A stretch of 20,000 bases of DNA from Asterionella formosa (lineage: Eukaryota), in contig NKIB01012981.1 of assembly GCA_002256025.1 (NCBI GenBank), positions 46,399-66,398 on the forward strand. Reading direction: 5' to 3'. The translations under genes and the position numbers were made by a program. Each line of letters opens with the position of its first letter. Position 1 is the first letter of the stretch. Shown here one piece after another: positions 19,714 to 20,000 of this stretch. The notes under the pieces were generated by a model. It saw only the letters and a list, made by a program, of their open reading frames with translations. It did no database searches and had not been told where the DNA came from.

Positions 19714-20000
19714 TCCTGCTGAAGACTGAAGCACTTGAAGTTTCACTGCATATACTCGTTCAAAACACTCTAATGCATTTGCCATTTGTACCATAGAAGA
19801 GGAATGATGGGACAAATTGGATGAGGTAGATGAACATTTTCCTTTCTTCGAGCCAACAGTCTTTGATGATAAGGATGAAGATTTGGCACTATCAGTACTT
19901 TCACGGAATGATGATTTTGGAAGCAATGGAACAGCGAAATTGAGAAGGTGAGGAACTTGGCACAACCATAAATGGTAGTAATATATATAAGGTCGGCTTC

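Overview
Eukaryotic genomic DNA with short GT-AG introns and compact genes; it looks like a diatom or other stramenopile (inference). Host genes: a 5'-truncated tandem-ApaG-domain protein (+, 1-1443), a two-exon membrane-anchored rhamnosyltransferase-like protein (-, 3888-2414), a two-exon cohesin subunit SMC3 (-, 9790-5651), a ZNF511-like C2H2 protein with an extra CCCH finger (-, ~12986-12126), and two diverged paralogous ~170-aa proteins of unknown function (+, 13737-14261 and 17708-18223). The intergenic DNA holds transposon debris (piggyBac transposase fragment, truncated PIF/Harbinger transposase, possible solo LTR, decayed zinc-knuckle exon), a 2x167-bp tandem duplication and a decayed ~131-bp array. 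The most striking unexplained signal is a dispersed palindrome family, TACCWGGTA/TACCGGTA: 14 perfect copies by manual count, all non-coding and mostly clustered 75-750 bp upstream of start codons. No rRNA, tRNA or CRISPR array was recognised.
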